Shown here one piece after another: positions 30,897-32,000 of a DNA stretch of 32,000 bases. The first letter of the stretch is position 1, and every line of letters starts with the position of its first letter. This DNA comes from Candidatus Absconditicoccus praedator. Its GTDB lineage: Bacteria; Patescibacteriota; Gracilibacteria; Absconditabacterales; Absconditicoccaceae. A program made the position numbers and the translations under genes. The stretch covers positions 840,001-872,000 of the forward strand of contig NZ_CP054059.1 of the NCBI RefSeq assembly GCF_021057185.1, in the 5' to 3' direction. The notes under the pieces are model-generated. The model worked only from the letters and a program-made list of their open reading frames with translations. It was not told where the DNA came from and did no database searches.

Positions 30897-32000
30897 ATGA
30901 ATAGGGTGTTTTTTTGAGATTATAATGCAAAAAAAATATTTGAAAAATTATTTAACTTAAAAAATCTTGAGATAAAATTTATATCAGCAACACCTGAAAA
31001 TATTTGAATATTTATACAAAAAAATAACTGCTCTCTATACATTAAATTAAAAAACAATGATTGAGTTTGCGTTATTGATTCAAATCAAAAACAAGATGAT
31101 ATATTTATTAAAGCAAAAGAATTTTTTGAAAAAAAAAGTTATTATTGATTTTTTAATATGATTAAAAAAAATTCTTTACAATGAAGTAGTTTAGATATAA
31201 ATGAACAAATTGTTTGATATATTGATGCATGTTTTATAATGTGAGCTTTAAGATCGCATCAAAAATTTCAAAAAAAAGAACTAGATAATATTTTAGATTT
31301 TACATTCTTTTCAGATTATGTGTATGAAAGAAAAGCCAGAGATACTCTTGATTATGAGTTTTCTTCCTGTTATATAAATCATAGTGAGTTGGAGTGTTAT
31401 ATTTGTAATGCTGAATCATTGTTGGGATGAAGTTCTAAGTGAATGAGTAGTTTTTTTGAATTTGAAGATCAAGATAATTATAGTAGTGATTTTTATGAGT
31501 CCGACTATGTTAATGAAGATTGATATTTTACAAATATAACTCAACATGATACAATTGTGGAATGATGAATTTACAAAATAGAGGAAATATTGGATAATCT
31601 TGATTTTGAAAAATATGATGTAATTACAATTAATCAAACTTGTACTCCTTCTATAATTGGGGATGATTTGAGATCGCTTATTAAAAGGTATCAAAAAAAA
31701 ACAAATACGCCTATTGTTTATAAGGATCAAAATGCTTTTGATTCGTACAAAGAATTAGAAGTTCTTGTGAAAAAGAATAAAAATTCTCATAAAATAAAAA
31801 ATAGTTTAATATATGTGTGAGTTTGAGATTATGATTTTATTGAGGAATCAAGTAATTTATTTTGATGAATCTGAATTCGTTTTAATGGTAATATTGTTCC
31901 AAAAGTAAATAAGAAGTTGATAGATATGTACTGAAGATCAGAAACACAAGTTTTATTTAAAAGTGATTTAAATGAAGAATTAAATCATATCTTTGATGAT
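30897..32000 (+). CDS. Nitrogenase component-1-type (NifD/K/E/N, BchN/B, CfbD-like) oxidoreductase with N-terminal extension; 3' end outside window
   Basis: ATG 30897 (2 nt after the NifH-like stop), in frame with track ORF 31590-31820 and open to the window edge. INHSELEC matches the H-x4-C spacing of HGPxGC. ITINQTCTPSIIGDDL matches the TCxxxxIGDD cluster-ligand motif. Confidence 0.65.

Noticed and set aside
1-32000. TGA read as Trp (table 4) or as selenocysteine instead of Gly
   Set aside because: The in-frame TGAs occupy invariant Gly positions (GKGGIGKS, GGEP, GxGxxG, SDQGSQF). Trp would give WWEP and KWWIWKS. They are far too frequent for Sec, with no Cys-homologous context.

Overview
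Very AT-rich window that cannot be read with the standard code (longest ORF in the supplied track is 122 aa). It resolves into about 28 tightly packed genes when TGA is read as glycine (translation table 25, a Gracilibacteria/Absconditabacteria-type CPR bacterium), and every gene then ends in TAA or TAG. Positions 2-3649 hold the 3' end of a surface protein with Ca-binding Asp repeats and an 840-aa secreted protein. Positions 3836-6500 hold a His-Xaa-Ser (Hxs)-type peptide-maturation core: two tandem HxsD-like genes, an HxsB-like radical SAM enzyme, and a 154-aa HxsA-like precursor ending in 12 Ser-His-Gly/Ala units, 10 of whose Gly are UGA codons. This core sits inside an unusually dense radical SAM island with 14 radical SAM genes, each carrying CxxxCxxC. 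The island also contains an AGAT/StrB1-type amidinotransferase, a class I methyltransferase, a frameshifted U32-like gene, a split PEP-utilising phosphotransferase pair, a Rossmann oxidoreductase, a HemN-like enzyme and two paralogous unknown proteins. At the right edge lies a NifH-like ATPase with a NifD/K-like partner that runs off the window. An IS3-family element (19715-21077) with an A9 tract at the orfA/orfB junction sits mid-island beside a 5'-truncated sulfotransferase remnant. All family assignments rest on motifs read by eye from my own table-25 translations; no database search was run.
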